Assembly (NCBI GenBank): GCA_038245295.1
Contig: JBBRSP010000009.1
Coordinates: 32,001-96,000, forward strand
Length of the DNA stretch: 64,000 bases
Direction: 5' to 3'
Source of the DNA: Candidatus Binatia bacterium
GTDB taxonomy: Bacteria > Desulfobacterota > Binatia > HRBIN30
Within the stretch, counting starts at the first letter, position 1. Every line of letters begins with the position of its first letter. Position numbers and translations under genes: made by a program. Shown one piece after another: positions 47,551 to 57,211 of this stretch. The notes below the pieces were generated by a model that had not been told where the DNA came from, did not search any database, and saw only the letters and a list, made by a program, of their open reading frames with translations.

Positions 47551-47787
47551 CTACTTCTCTTCGATGATCTCGAGGACAACCTTGCGGTTGTTTCGCGACG
47601 CGGCAGCATTGAGGATCGTGCGAATCGACTTCGCCGTGCGCCCCTGCTTGCCGATGATGCGGCCGAGATCTTCCTGGGCAACCTTCAGCTCAATCACCGA
47701 CGCCGTATCGCCTTGGGTTTCCTTCACTTGTACGGCGTCGGGGTGGTTGACCAGATGTTTCGCCAGGAGCTCGACGAGTTCCTTCAT
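47551..47787 (-). CDS. khpA: KH-domain RNA-binding protein
   Basis: [18 protein letters not shown]; located between rpsP and rimM. Confidence 0.92.
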   Translation of the reverse strand: MKELVELLAKHLVNHPDAVQVKETQGDTASVIELKVAQEDLGRIIGKQGRTAKSIRTILNAAASRNNRKVVLEIIEEK

Positions 47788-48065
47788 GCTTGCGCCTCCG
47801 CGGGTTCAGCAGCTGCAGTGGGGGCGCTGACCACATGACGCTTGATCAACTCCGCCACGGTTTGCGACGGCAAGGCGCCCTTGCTCAACCAGTACGTGAG
47901 CTTGTCGGTCTTGAACGTAACCTTTTCCGGATCGTGATTCGGATCATATGTGCCGATCTGCTCGAGTCGACGACCGTCACGTGGTGAACGGGTGCTGGCG
48001 ACGACAATGCGGTAAATCGGGTTCTTCTTGGCGCCGTGTCGGGCCAGTCGGATGGTAGTTGCCAT
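47784..48065 (-). CDS. rpsP: 30S ribosomal protein S16
   Basis: [19 protein letters not shown]...PRDGR...GTYDP...WLSKGA. Confidence 0.97.
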   Translation of the reverse strand: MATTIRLARHGAKKNPIYRIVVASTRSPRDGRRLEQIGTYDPNHDPEKVTFKTDKLTYWLSKGALPSQTVAELIKRHVVSAPTAAAEPAEAQA

Positions 48066-48107
48066 GGGTGAAATCTACTCCTCTCGTAACGAGTCAGCAA
48101 TCAACAA

Positions 48108-49442
48108 TCACATGGAGAAGCCACGAGGCATGCCACCACGCCCCATGAACTTGCCCATCTGCTTCATAACCTTCTTGGTCTCCTGAAACTGCTTCAGGAA
48201 ACGGTTCACTTCCGCCACACTCGTACCACTGCCGTTGGCGATTCGCTTGCGTCGGCTGCCGTTCAGGATCTGATGGTCGCGCCGCTCCTGCTTGGTCATC
48301 GAGCTGATGATGGCCTCGATGCGCTTCAGCTCACCTTCCGCATCGGCCATATCCATGCCGCGCGTCATCTTCTTCATCCCGGGGATCATCCCCATGAGCT
48401 CGCCCATCGAGCCCATCTTGCGCAGGACGCCGATCTGGTCGCGGAAGTCGTCGAGCGTGAACTCGTTCTTCTTGATCTTCTGCTGCAGGGCCAGCGCCTG
48501 CTTCGCATCAAAGGCCTTCTCGGCCTTCTCGATCAGAGTCAGCACGTCGCCCATGCCGAGGATACGGCGGGCCATACGATCGGGGTGAAACACCTCGAGC
48601 TGCTCGAGTTTTTCGCCCATACCGGCGAAAAGAATCGGGGCTCCGGTGACCGCACGCACCGACAGCGCCGCACCGCCGCGCGCATCACCATCGAGCTTGG
48701 TGAGAATCACGCCGCTGATACCGAGGCGATCGTGAAATCCCTTCGAGACATTGACCGCATCCTGGCCGGTCATCGCATCGACAACGAGAAGGATGTGGTG
48801 CGGCTGGACCGCGGCCTTGAGCCGCTCCAACTCGTCCATGAGCTTCTCGTCGATCTGCAAGCGCCCGGCGGTATCAATCAAGACAACGTCGAGGCCATGG
48901 TTCCTGGCGTAGGCAACCGCATCACGGCTGATCGCCACCGGGTCACCACCGGGTTGTGACGGGTGGATTCCGCATCCGACCTGTGCCGCCAACGTCCCCA
49001 ACTGCTCGATGGCGGCAGGACGGTAGACGTCGGCTGGAACCAGATAGGGCGTGCGCTTGCGTTCGGTCTTCAACAGCCGCGCCAGCTTGCCGACGCTGGT
49101 CGTCTTACCGGAGCCCTGCAAGCCAACCATCAGAATCACCACCGGCGGGGCCTTGGCAAGATCGAGGTCGGTGGCGCGATTGCCCATCAGCTCGATGAGC
49201 TCTTCGTCGACGATCTTTACGAATTGCTGAGCCGGCGTCAGGCTCTGTAGAACTTCTTGCCCCAACGCCTTCTGCCGCACACGATCGGTAAAATCCTTGA
49301 CGACCTGGAAGTTGACGTCGGCCTCGAGCAGCGCCAGGCGCACGTCGCGCACGGCATCCTCGACATTGCGCTCGGTAATCTTGCCGAGACCGCGCAATGT
49401 GCGGATGGTTTGGTCGAGTTTCTCGCTGAGGTTATCGAACAT
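48108..49442 (-). CDS. ffh: Signal recognition particle protein
   Basis: MFDNLSEKL, LLEADV, GLQGSGKTT, DTAGR, TKLDGDARGG, M-domain. Confidence 0.98.
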   Translation of the reverse strand: MFDNLSEKLDQTIRTLRGLGKITERNVEDAVRDVRLALLEADVNFQVVKDFTDRVRQKALGQEVLQSLTPAQQFVKIVDEELIELMGNRATDLDLAKAPPVVILMVGLQGSGKTTSVGKLARLLKTERKRTPYLVPADVYRPAAIEQLGTLAAQVGCGIHPSQPGGDPVAISRDAVAYARNHGLDVVLIDTAGRLQIDEKLMDELERLKAAVQPHHILLVVDAMTGQDAVNVSKGFHDRLGISGVILTKLDGDARGGAALSVRAVTGAPILFAGMGEKLEQLEVFHPDRMARRILGMGDVLTLIEKAEKAFDAKQALALQQKIKKNEFTLDDFRDQIGVLRKMGSMGELMGMIPGMKKMTRGMDMADAEGELKRIEAIISSMTKQERRDHQILNGSRRKRIANGSGTSVAEVNRFLKQFQETKKVMKQMGKFMGRGGMPRGFSM

Positions 49443-49567
49443 GGGTCGAAGGATCGTTTCGTGGGGTTCTGGGGTGTCTTTTTCGAACCCGCCAGGGGTA
49501 GAGAAACGGCCAGGGCTTGTCAACGAAGGCCGTCCCACGTATTGGCGGCCGCGGAACAGGAGATCCG

Positions 49568-50326
49568 ATGAGCGAAAAGAGATTCCAGGGCCGCGTCGCG
49601 GTCATCACCGGAGCGGGCTCAGGGCTTGGCCGCGCCACGGCACAACGCTTGGGCCAGGAGGGCGCCATCGTCGCCTGCCTCGACATCGCCGCCCAGGCGG
49701 CCGCGGAGACGGTGCAGATGTTATCGAGCGTCGGCACGAAGGCTTCCTCCTATGGCGTCGATGTTGCCGACCCGACCTCCGTGCGGGCCGCCGTGACGGC
49801 TGCCGCCAAGGACCTCGGCCGGCCGCAGTTGCTGGTCAATTGCGCCGGAATCGGCCGCTTCGCCCACACCACCGATCTGGCGTTCGAGGATTGGCAGAAA
49901 ATCATCGGCGTCAATCTGACGGGTACGTTTTTGATGTGCCAGGCCACCTTGCCCTACCTCCTGGATGGCGGCGGGGTGATCGTCAACATCGCGTCGAACG
50001 CCGGCCTGCGGGGCCAGCCGTTCAGCGCCGCCTACTGCGCCTCCAAAGGCGGGGTCGTAAATCTGACGCGGGCGCTCGCCGATGAGTTCGTCAAACGCAA
50101 CGTCCGCGTCAATTGCGTTGCCCCCGGCGGTATCGTCACACCGCTACAGGAAGTCTTCCGCAACGCGCCCGAGGGCATGGACTGGACAATGCTCGCCAAA
50201 GTGCGGTCACCCCTGGGAATGTCTCAGCCGGAAGAGATCGCCGGCGTTGTGGCGTTCGTCGCCTCCGACGAGGCGCGCTACATGACCGGCTCGATCGTCT
50301 CGATCGACGGCGGAATTACAACCTAA
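49568..50326 (+). CDS. SDR family oxidoreductase
   Basis: TGAGSGLG, NCAG, YCASK, IDGG. Confidence 0.93.
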   Translation: MSEKRFQGRVAVITGAGSGLGRATAQRLGQEGAIVACLDIAAQAAAETVQMLSSVGTKASSYGVDVADPTSVRAAVTAAAKDLGRPQLLVNCAGIGRFAHTTDLAFEDWQKIIGVNLTGTFLMCQATLPYLLDGGGVIVNIASNAGLRGQPFSAAYCASKGGVVNLTRALADEFVKRNVRVNCVAPGGIVTPLQEVFRNAPEGMDWTMLAKVRSPLGMSQPEEIAGVVAFVASDEARYMTGSIVSIDGGITT

Positions 50327-50331
50327 CTAAA

Positions 50332-50377
50332 CAGGGTGCAGGGTGCGGGGGTCGGAGTGCTGGGGTCCTGCACCCTG
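50332..50377. repeat. Heptamer-based inverted repeat
   Basis: CAGGGTGCAGG ... CCTGCACCCTG perfect 11-bp arms. Confidence 0.65.
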
Positions 50378-50406
50378 AACCCCAACGCGTGGAAGGAGAT
50401 CTAGTA

Positions 50407-50901
50407 GTGACCCCCAACGATCTCGTCGAACTCGAGCTCATCAAGCAGCTCAAATACAAATACATGCGCTGTCTCGACCAGAAACTGTGGGACGAGATCA
50501 GCGACTGTTTTACCGAAGATGCGCAGTGCTCCTACAGCGGCGGCAAGTATGCCTTCGCGGGGCGTGACAACATCGTCACCTTCTTCCGCCAGGCAATGGA
50601 TCGCAAATCTTTTCTATCCAGCCATCGCGTCCATCAACCCGAGATCGAACTGACGAGTGCGACCACAGCCACGGCGATCTGGGCTCTGGAAGACTATGTC
50701 GTCGATACCGAGCGCGACGTGACGATCCACGGCGCCGCGTTCTACCGCGATGAGTACGTCAAGGTTGGCGGCGCATGGAAACTGCACCGCACCGGCTACG
50801 ACCGGACGTTCGAAGAGGTGCTGCCACGCTCAGGGGCGCGACTGACGGCCAGCTTCTGGGAAACCGGCGGGCGCAGCACGCTCGAGGCGAAGAAGGGCTA
50901 A
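50407..50901 (+). CDS. NTF2/SnoaL-like protein (LinA/BaiE-type)
   Basis: IKQLKYKYMRCLDQKLW, SHRVHQPEI, YRDEY...WK; GTG start after GGAAGGAGA. Confidence 0.85.
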   Translation: MTPNDLVELELIKQLKYKYMRCLDQKLWDEISDCFTEDAQCSYSGGKYAFAGRDNIVTFFRQAMDRKSFLSSHRVHQPEIELTSATTATAIWALEDYVVDTERDVTIHGAAFYRDEYVKVGGAWKLHRTGYDRTFEEVLPRSGARLTASFWETGGRSTLEAKKG

Positions 50902-50963
50902 GCTGCCGTGCCCGGCGGGCGCCAGAGACGTGTCCGACACCCGCCGAATACAGCCGCCGCGCC

Positions 50964-51344
50964 TCACGCCGCACGCAATGCGGGCGGCCGGAATCGTTGC
51001 CGTGGGATCGTCGTTACGCGCATGCATTCGCGGAGCAATTGACGTCGGAGGCTATACGGATCGAATCCAAAGGCGTCGCACAGGTTCATGAAGGAGCACG
51101 GCCACTCCCAATCGGTTCGGAAGATCCAGTCCTCGGCTTCCGCGAACTCAACCCTCTGCGCGACCGTGCGCGCGTTGGAGTTGCGGCGGTAGACCTCGAT
51201 GCCATCAGACAAGACAGCCCACAGCAGCGCGCGTTCGCCCGACACTGCCGTCTGTCCACGGTTCTTGAAGTACTGAACCGGCAGCACAGCGGTAGCGCCC
51301 AATAGTTCCTGCAGCGCTGGTTCGGAATAGTCGCGGGCATCCAT
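50964..51344 (-). CDS. Conserved small hypothetical protein
   Basis: AAGGAGG RBS; motif LPVQYF...GERALLWAVLSDGI...EAEDWI...SFMNLCDAFGFDP. Confidence 0.8.
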   Translation of the reverse strand: MDARDYSEPALQELLGATAVLPVQYFKNRGQTAVSGERALLWAVLSDGIEVYRRNSNARTVAQRVEFAEAEDWIFRTDWEWPCSFMNLCDAFGFDPYSLRRQLLRECMRVTTIPRQRFRPPALRAA

Positions 51345-51382
51345 GAGACACGCCCTCCTTTAGTGGCGTGCCTCTTCATCGA

Positions 51383-51399
51383 TGCAATTGGTTTGCCAA
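51383..51399 (-). promoter_or_regulatory. Sigma54 (-24/-12) promoter
   Basis: Minus strand TTGGCAAACCAATTGCA, near consensus, about 40 bp upstream of the ATG at 51344. Confidence 0.75.
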
Positions 51400-51455
51400 C
51401 AGTAGCGCGACCCACGTACTTCTACGTCGCCCCGCTGGTTGAGTGACAAATCGCG

Positions 51456-52325
51456 TCACCGAAACAGAGGCGAACGCAACGTAAGGTCAATGCTTTGCCG
51501 GTATGCCTGAGAAAGAGAGAGGGTCTGCGGACCCGGCCTACCATCACCGATTGCGACTCCATCGATCTCGCAAAGCGGCAGAATCTCGGCGATCGACGAA
51601 GTCAGGAAGGCTTCATCGGCGTCCGCAACCTCTGCGAGTCGCACCCGGCGCTCAACCACTCGTAGCCCCTGAGCCGCCATCAGTTCGCTCACCAGGCCGC
51701 GTGTCACTCCTGGCAAGACGTCGGTGGCGGGCGGTGTGATCCAGCGTCGACCAAGGCGTACGAAGAGGTTGCTGGTGGCACCCTCCAAAACCCGGCCGGC
51801 CGCATCGACAAACAGTCCCTCCACGGCGTGGCGCTGCGCCGCGGCGCGCTTGGCCATGACGGCAGGCAGGTAACCGAGGTGTTTGTGCTCGCTGAGGCCG
51901 AGACGCGAATACGGCACGCTCACCGCCGCAACGCCGCGACCTTGCCAGCGCGGCACACGCCGATCGATCGGTGTCGCAAAAATTAGCACGGTCGCCTCCA
52001 GACGGCGCGGCGGCAGAAGCCCGCGACCGCTACCGCGCGTCACCGTGAGCCGCACGGCGAGCTCGCGTTGCGGTTGGCGCCGAATCAACTCGTGCACTAC
52101 CGTCGGCCAGTCGACCACCGGCAGGCGGATTCCCAGCACACGCGCCGATCGCTTGAGACGTTGCAGGTGCAGATCGAGCCCGAAGGGCCGCCCGTCATAA
52201 ACACGCAAGGTTTCGAAGATGCCGTCGCCGTAAAGGAACCCACGATCGAAGACGCTCAGATGCGCCGTGGCGGCACGGCAGAAGCGACCATTCAGCCAGA
52301 CCCATTCGCTCGCCAGGCCCTTCAT
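51456..52325 (-). CDS. Class IV aminotransferase (aminodeoxychorismate lyase / branched-chain AT-like)
   Basis: DRGFLYGDGIFETL, HK PLP Lys, EGATSNLF, LPGVTR, EAFLTSS; ATGA overlap with pabB. Confidence 0.9.
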   Translation of the reverse strand: MKGLASEWVWLNGRFCRAATAHLSVFDRGFLYGDGIFETLRVYDGRPFGLDLHLQRLKRSARVLGIRLPVVDWPTVVHELIRRQPQRELAVRLTVTRGSGRGLLPPRRLEATVLIFATPIDRRVPRWQGRGVAAVSVPYSRLGLSEHKHLGYLPAVMAKRAAAQRHAVEGLFVDAAGRVLEGATSNLFVRLGRRWITPPATDVLPGVTRGLVSELMAAQGLRVVERRVRLAEVADADEAFLTSSIAEILPLCEIDGVAIGDGRPGPQTLSLSQAYRQSIDLTLRSPLFR

Positions 52326-53614
52326 GCCAATGCCTCGACGGCGTCGAGAAACGGCCGCGCCTTGAGCAAGGTTTCTTGATACTCGCCTTCCGCGGTCGAG
52401 TCGGCGACGATTCCTCCGCCGGAGGGGTAGGTGATCGTTTGGCCCTGAATCGTCGCTGTGCGGATGGTCAACGCCAGCCGCAGGTCACCGCTGGGCCAGA
52501 GAATGCCCGCGGCGCCAGTGTAGAAGCCACGTGTCGACGGTTCGATTTCATCGATGATCTCCATGGCGCGGATCTTCGGAGCCCCGGTAATCGAACCACC
52601 CGGGAAGGTGGCTCGCAACAGCGCCGCAAGCCCGATCTCGGGCTTCAGCTCACCCTCGATCACCGACACCATGTGGTGCACGGCAGGAAAGGAACGTACG
52701 GTCGCAAAATCGCGGACCCGCACTGAGCCGATGGCGCAGACACGCCCGAGGTCGTTGCGCTCCAGATCAACGATCATCACGTGTTCGGCGCGCTCTTTCG
52801 GGTTGGTCGCGAGTTCCTCGACCAGCTGTTGATCGACTTCAGGATCGGCCGAGCGGCGGCGTGTCCCCTTGATCGGGTAGGTGGCGATGCGCCGACCTTC
52901 GAGCGCCAGGAGACACTCGGGAGAATTGGAGACCAATGCTAGGTCGTCACAGTCGATGCACGCCGCGAACGGCGCCGGATTTTGCCGACGCCACCAGGCG
53001 AACAGGTCGGCGGGTGAACCATCCCAAGGACACGAGAACTGCTGCGCCAGGTTGACCTGATAGATGTCGCCGGCAGCCAGGTAGGCCAAGGCTCGCTCGA
53101 CCGCTGCCAGGTACTCGGCCTTGGTCCAGTTCGACACCGCAGAAGTCGCGCTGCCCTGTGGGCGCCGACCCACCTCGGACGGCGGCACCACCGGTTCTAC
53201 GTTCAACGTCGGTAGCCCTGCGCCGTGCATACTCCACGTGCGACTGGCGTAATCGTGCTCGAGAACCGAATCATACGAAGCGGCATAGAGCAGCAACTGC
53301 CCCGTTGCCCCGACGCGCGAGGAGCGAATCCGTTCGATCGTCCGTCCCAGGTCGTAGCTGAGGGCCACCACGACGGCTGCCCTACCGAGGCCGAACTCGC
53401 GTGCCGCAAACGCCTCCAACTGAGTCAGGGGATCGGTATCGACCGGCGTTTGGCGCACAAGCAAGCGGGCGGCAGGGGTGTCGCCGTACCAGGCGCGCCC
53501 GACGCCCCACGAGGCATCGTTCCCACCATCGAGGACGAAGGCTCCACGCCGGCGCGCATAACTGGCAGCGACTCCCGAGGGCGGCGCGTCGAGCGCCAAA
53601 ACTTGCTTCCCCAT
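52322..53614 (-). CDS. pabB: Aminodeoxychorismate synthase component I-like
   Basis: AGDIYQVNL, SPE, PIKGTRRR, KERAEHVMIVDLERNDLGRVC, TFPGGSITGAPKIRAM, GGGIVADS. Confidence 0.85.
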   Translation of the reverse strand: MGKQVLALDAPPSGVAASYARRRGAFVLDGGNDASWGVGRAWYGDTPAARLLVRQTPVDTDPLTQLEAFAAREFGLGRAAVVVALSYDLGRTIERIRSSRVGATGQLLLYAASYDSVLEHDYASRTWSMHGAGLPTLNVEPVVPPSEVGRRPQGSATSAVSNWTKAEYLAAVERALAYLAAGDIYQVNLAQQFSCPWDGSPADLFAWWRRQNPAPFAACIDCDDLALVSNSPECLLALEGRRIATYPIKGTRRRSADPEVDQQLVEELATNPKERAEHVMIVDLERNDLGRVCAIGSVRVRDFATVRSFPAVHHMVSVIEGELKPEIGLAALLRATFPGGSITGAPKIRAMEIIDEIEPSTRGFYTGAAGILWPSGDLRLALTIRTATIQGQTITYPSGGGIVADSTAEGEYQETLLKARPFLDAVEALA

Positions 53615-53684
53615 CTGATTCCTGCTTTTCGAGCGGAGCTAAACAGCGCCGCCGCGGCGATGCAACGCAACACCTCGGGTCAAG

Positions 53685-54800
53685 ATGAATTCCACTACCA
53701 CCGATCCTGCCTCTCCTGAGGTACGCTCGTTCGCCTGCGTCTATGGATCAGCCTACGCACCTTATGTCGAGTCCGTAGCCCAGGGACTCGTGCGGGCGGT
53801 CCGCGAACAAGGCGGTGAACTAGCGGTCCTGACGATCGAAGAGGCGCGACGACGACCGGATCGGACAGCCGACATCGAACGCCTCTACGTCCTGCCATTC
53901 GACCCGAAGACCGACGATCCGGCGGCCGAATTGAAGTATCTGTTTCCACGCGCCCAGCTGATCAATTCGATCCCGGCACAGGATCTTTGCTGGGACAAGA
54001 TTGCCACCCAGGAACGCCTGATCCAGCGCGGCGTGCCGACGCCAGATACGTTGATCACACAGGATGCGGGTGAATTTCGCGCCTTCGTCAAGAAACACGA
54101 GTACGTAGTTCTCAAGGAACCCAGCTCGTGCGCCGGCCAGGGACACTTCATCGTCTGGCTCGATGACGACGGTACGCTACTCGCCGACTGCGGCAGTCAT
54201 CAGTATCAGTTGCAGCTCGTCCCCACCGGCGCACCGACGCTGCGCGGCGACGTCCTCACCTACCCGATGCCGGTATATGCGCAGCGTTTGATCGCCGATC
54301 GCCACGCCAACGGCGTGCGGCCACCGAAGGTGCTGCGCGCTTATGTCGTCGACGGAGAGGTAGTGTTGGTCACCGAACGCTATCGTGATCACTACGAGCG
54401 GCCATCCGACTGGATCGTCAATGTCGCGCGCGGCGCGCGCTACCGCTTCGTGCTGAACCTGAGCAGCGAGCTGACCAAGATCGTCATGCGGGCCGCCGAA
54501 TCGATTGGCGCCCGCGTTGCCGCCGTCGACATCGTGCGCGCCACAAGTGCCGGCGCCTTTGTCCTCGAAGTCGACACCGACGGCTATCACATGTTCATCG
54601 ATCGACAGTTCAAAGAGATTCCGGAGTATCGCGACTTCTTCGATATCGACCGCCACATCGCGCGCGCCATCATGCGGCAGCCACCCGAACCGACGGTCCG
54701 GGCCATGTGGGCTCAAACACGCTCCGCCGCGGATATGGTCGAGACACGTCGCGCGCCGCGACCGCGCGACAATCGCCGCACCCCACGGCCGCGACGCTGA
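53685..54800 (+). CDS. ATP-grasp (RimK-like) ligase
   Basis: CWDKIAT, GVPTPDT, VVLKEPSSCAGQG, RAYVVDGEV, WIVNVARGA, AAVDI, FVLEVD. Confidence 0.8.
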   Translation: MNSTTTDPASPEVRSFACVYGSAYAPYVESVAQGLVRAVREQGGELAVLTIEEARRRPDRTADIERLYVLPFDPKTDDPAAELKYLFPRAQLINSIPAQDLCWDKIATQERLIQRGVPTPDTLITQDAGEFRAFVKKHEYVVLKEPSSCAGQGHFIVWLDDDGTLLADCGSHQYQLQLVPTGAPTLRGDVLTYPMPVYAQRLIADRHANGVRPPKVLRAYVVDGEVVLVTERYRDHYERPSDWIVNVARGARYRFVLNLSSELTKIVMRAAESIGARVAAVDIVRATSAGAFVLEVDTDGYHMFIDRQFKEIPEYRDFFDIDRHIARAIMRQPPEPTVRAMWAQTRSAADMVETRRAPRPRDNRRTPRPRR

Positions 54801-54801
54801 G

Positions 54802-54838
54802 TCGCCGAGTCTCAGCCGCTCAGGCTGAGACTCGGCGA
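54802..54838. terminator. Perfect 16-bp hairpin between convergent ATP-grasp gene and smpB
   Basis: TCGCCGAGTCTCAGCC-GCTCA-GGCTGAGACTCGGCGA; no U-tract. Confidence 0.6.
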
Positions 54839-54863
54839 AGCTGGGTTCTGCGCATCACCCAGC

Positions 54864-55328
<465 letters not shown>

Positions 55329-55366
55329 GGTTTGTCTTCGCCTTCGGGATCCGACCGCAGTGAATA

Positions 55367-55696
55367 TCAGAAAATCGATTTCACCCAACCACCGTCGACG
55401 TCGATCGCGGTTCCCGTGATGAAATTGGCGGGCTCGGAAGCCAGAAAGGTAACGATCGCCGCAATGTCGTCCGGGCGACCGACGCCTCCCACCGGCAGCG
55501 GCCGGCGCGGGATGTAGTAGCGATTCACGAGGTCATCGATCGACATGCCGGTGATGTCGACGCCCTCCTCTTGCAACCGCTTCGCGGCGATCACCAGGTC
55601 GGCGCCTTCGCGTGCCAGCTCCGTGGCAATGCTGGCGCCGATGCCTCGACTGGCTCCGGTAACGAGAGCAACCTTTCCTTTGAGTCCGAGCTCCAT
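55367..55696 (-). pseudogene. SDR oxidoreductase with in-frame internal deletion
   Basis: N-terminal [12 protein letters not shown] joined directly to the C-terminal GRPDDIA...[15 protein letters not shown] and YxxxK core missing; only 109 aa. Confidence 0.8.
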
Positions 55697-55714
55697 GCGT
55701 CGCCCCTTTAGCGA

Positions 55715-55869
55715 TCACACCAGACAATAACCGCCGTCGGCAAACATCGTCTGGCCGGTTACGAAACGCGACTCACCACACGCCAGGGACACGGCGACCG
55801 GAGCGATGCAATTGACGGTGATGCCGCCGCGCCTGTGACAATCGCGACCTTCCCGCTGAGCCGGCCCAT
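55715..55869 (-). pseudogene. Second SDR remnant (deleted and frameshifted)
   Basis: GGAGGT RBS, MGRLSGKVAIVTGAA, then in another frame GITVNCIAP and SRFVTGQTMFADGG; 155 nt in total. Confidence 0.75.
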
Positions 55870-55881
55870 GCATGCACCTCC

Positions 55882-56155
55882 GATGGTTTGAAAGCATACA
55901 AAACATCTCCGTCATTCCGGCGAAAGCCGGAATCTCCACCGCATTTCCGCGATTCCGGCCGAGGACATCCCGGCTTTCGAGTCTGTCGTAAAACCAAAGT
56001 GGAGCAACGTCATCCCGGTGAGAATCGGGATCTCCCAGTGCTGGAAGCCTCGAAAGCTGGCGAGATACCGGCTTTCGCCGGTATGACGGAGGTGTTGGCG
56101 CAGTTTCAAACGATCAATCAGAGAAAATCGACAGTCTCTTTTCGCCGGGATGACG
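55882..56155. repeat. Cluster of CGTCAT(T/C)CCGG...CCGGAAT palindromes (dRS3/REP-like) forming a MITE-like unit
   Basis: Copies at 55910-55935, 56008-56033, inverted 56063-56088, partial 56139-56155; outer arms extend to GTTTGAAA/TTTCAAAC. Confidence 0.85.
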
Positions 56156-56261
56156 TTGCCTACCCTTGGGAATCAAGCGGACCCACTGCAGAATCTACGA
56201 TCCGATTGATTCGTGCCCATGCCCGCCATCAATGATAAGCCCTCATCGAAAGGAGATCCCC

Positions 56262-57053
56262 TTGAGCGACTTGCTGTACGAGAAATCGGATCACATCGCG
56301 ATGATCACGCTGAATCGGCCAGAGCGTCTCAACGCCATCAGTATTGAGATGCTCGAGGCGTTGACGCAGCGTTTGAACGAAGCCGATCAGGACAACGACA
56401 TCCGGGTCATCGTTCTCACCGGTGCGGGACGCGGGTTCTGCAGCGGTCTCGACCTCAAGGAGGCGGCCCAGGGCAAAGGCATCGGCGGCACGTCGATGAT
56501 GAGCGGTGCCTCGCACATCGGGACGCGCACTCTGCCCACCGTCGTGCTGCACGAGATCGACACGCCCGTGATCTGCGCCATCAACGGCCCGGCGGCCGGC
56601 TACGGCCTCGATCTAGCCCTCGGTTGCGACATGCGGCTAATCGCCGACACGGCAAAGCTTCTTCCCGGCTTCGCCAAGCGCGCCATCATCCCCGAGAGTG
56701 GCGGCACCTGGTATCTGCCGCGCCTGGTCGGCTGGGCCAAGGCGTGTGAGATCGGTTTTCTCGCCGACGACATCCTACCAGCTCGAGCCCTCGAACTCGG
56801 ACTCGTCAACAAGATCATCCCGACGGCGGAGCTCATGACGGAAGCGCAAACGTGGGCCACGAAGATTGCCAACAATGCGCCGCTGGCGATTCGCGCCATG
56901 AAACGCCTGTATCGGCACGGCCTCAGCGAGGACTTCGATTCACACTCGCATCACGTGTTGATGCAGTTGATGCTGCTGTTCCGCTCGCAAGACTTCCAGG
57001 AAGGAATCCAGTCGTTCATGGAGAAGCGACCGCCGCAATTTCAGGGCCGGTAG
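56262..57053 (+). CDS. Enoyl-CoA hydratase/isomerase family protein
   Basis: ITLNRPERLNA, TGAGRGFCSGLDL, AINGPAAGYG...LGCDMR, PESGGTWYLPRLVG, FMEKRPPQF; TTG start after AAGGAGA. Confidence 0.92.
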   Translation: MSDLLYEKSDHIAMITLNRPERLNAISIEMLEALTQRLNEADQDNDIRVIVLTGAGRGFCSGLDLKEAAQGKGIGGTSMMSGASHIGTRTLPTVVLHEIDTPVICAINGPAAGYGLDLALGCDMRLIADTAKLLPGFAKRAIIPESGGTWYLPRLVGWAKACEIGFLADDILPARALELGLVNKIIPTAELMTEAQTWATKIANNAPLAIRAMKRLYRHGLSEDFDSHSHHVLMQLMLLFRSQDFQEGIQSFMEKRPPQFQGR

Positions 57054-57082
57054 GCGCAGGCTTCAGCCGGCTTCAGCCTGCG
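57050..57082. repeat. GTAG-type REP with internal duplication
   Basis: GTAGGCGCAGGCTTCAGCCGGCTTCAGCCTGCG. Confidence 0.8.
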
Positions 57083-57211
57083 GGGCGCTTCAGGCCGAGC
57101 GGAAGAGGAAGCTCCATGCCCGTGGTCCTGCAGACCGAAAGAAAAGGCGTGGTCTAATGCACGCACACGGGCTAGAGAAGCACGTGGAGGGAGAGGGGAA
57201 GACATTGATTA

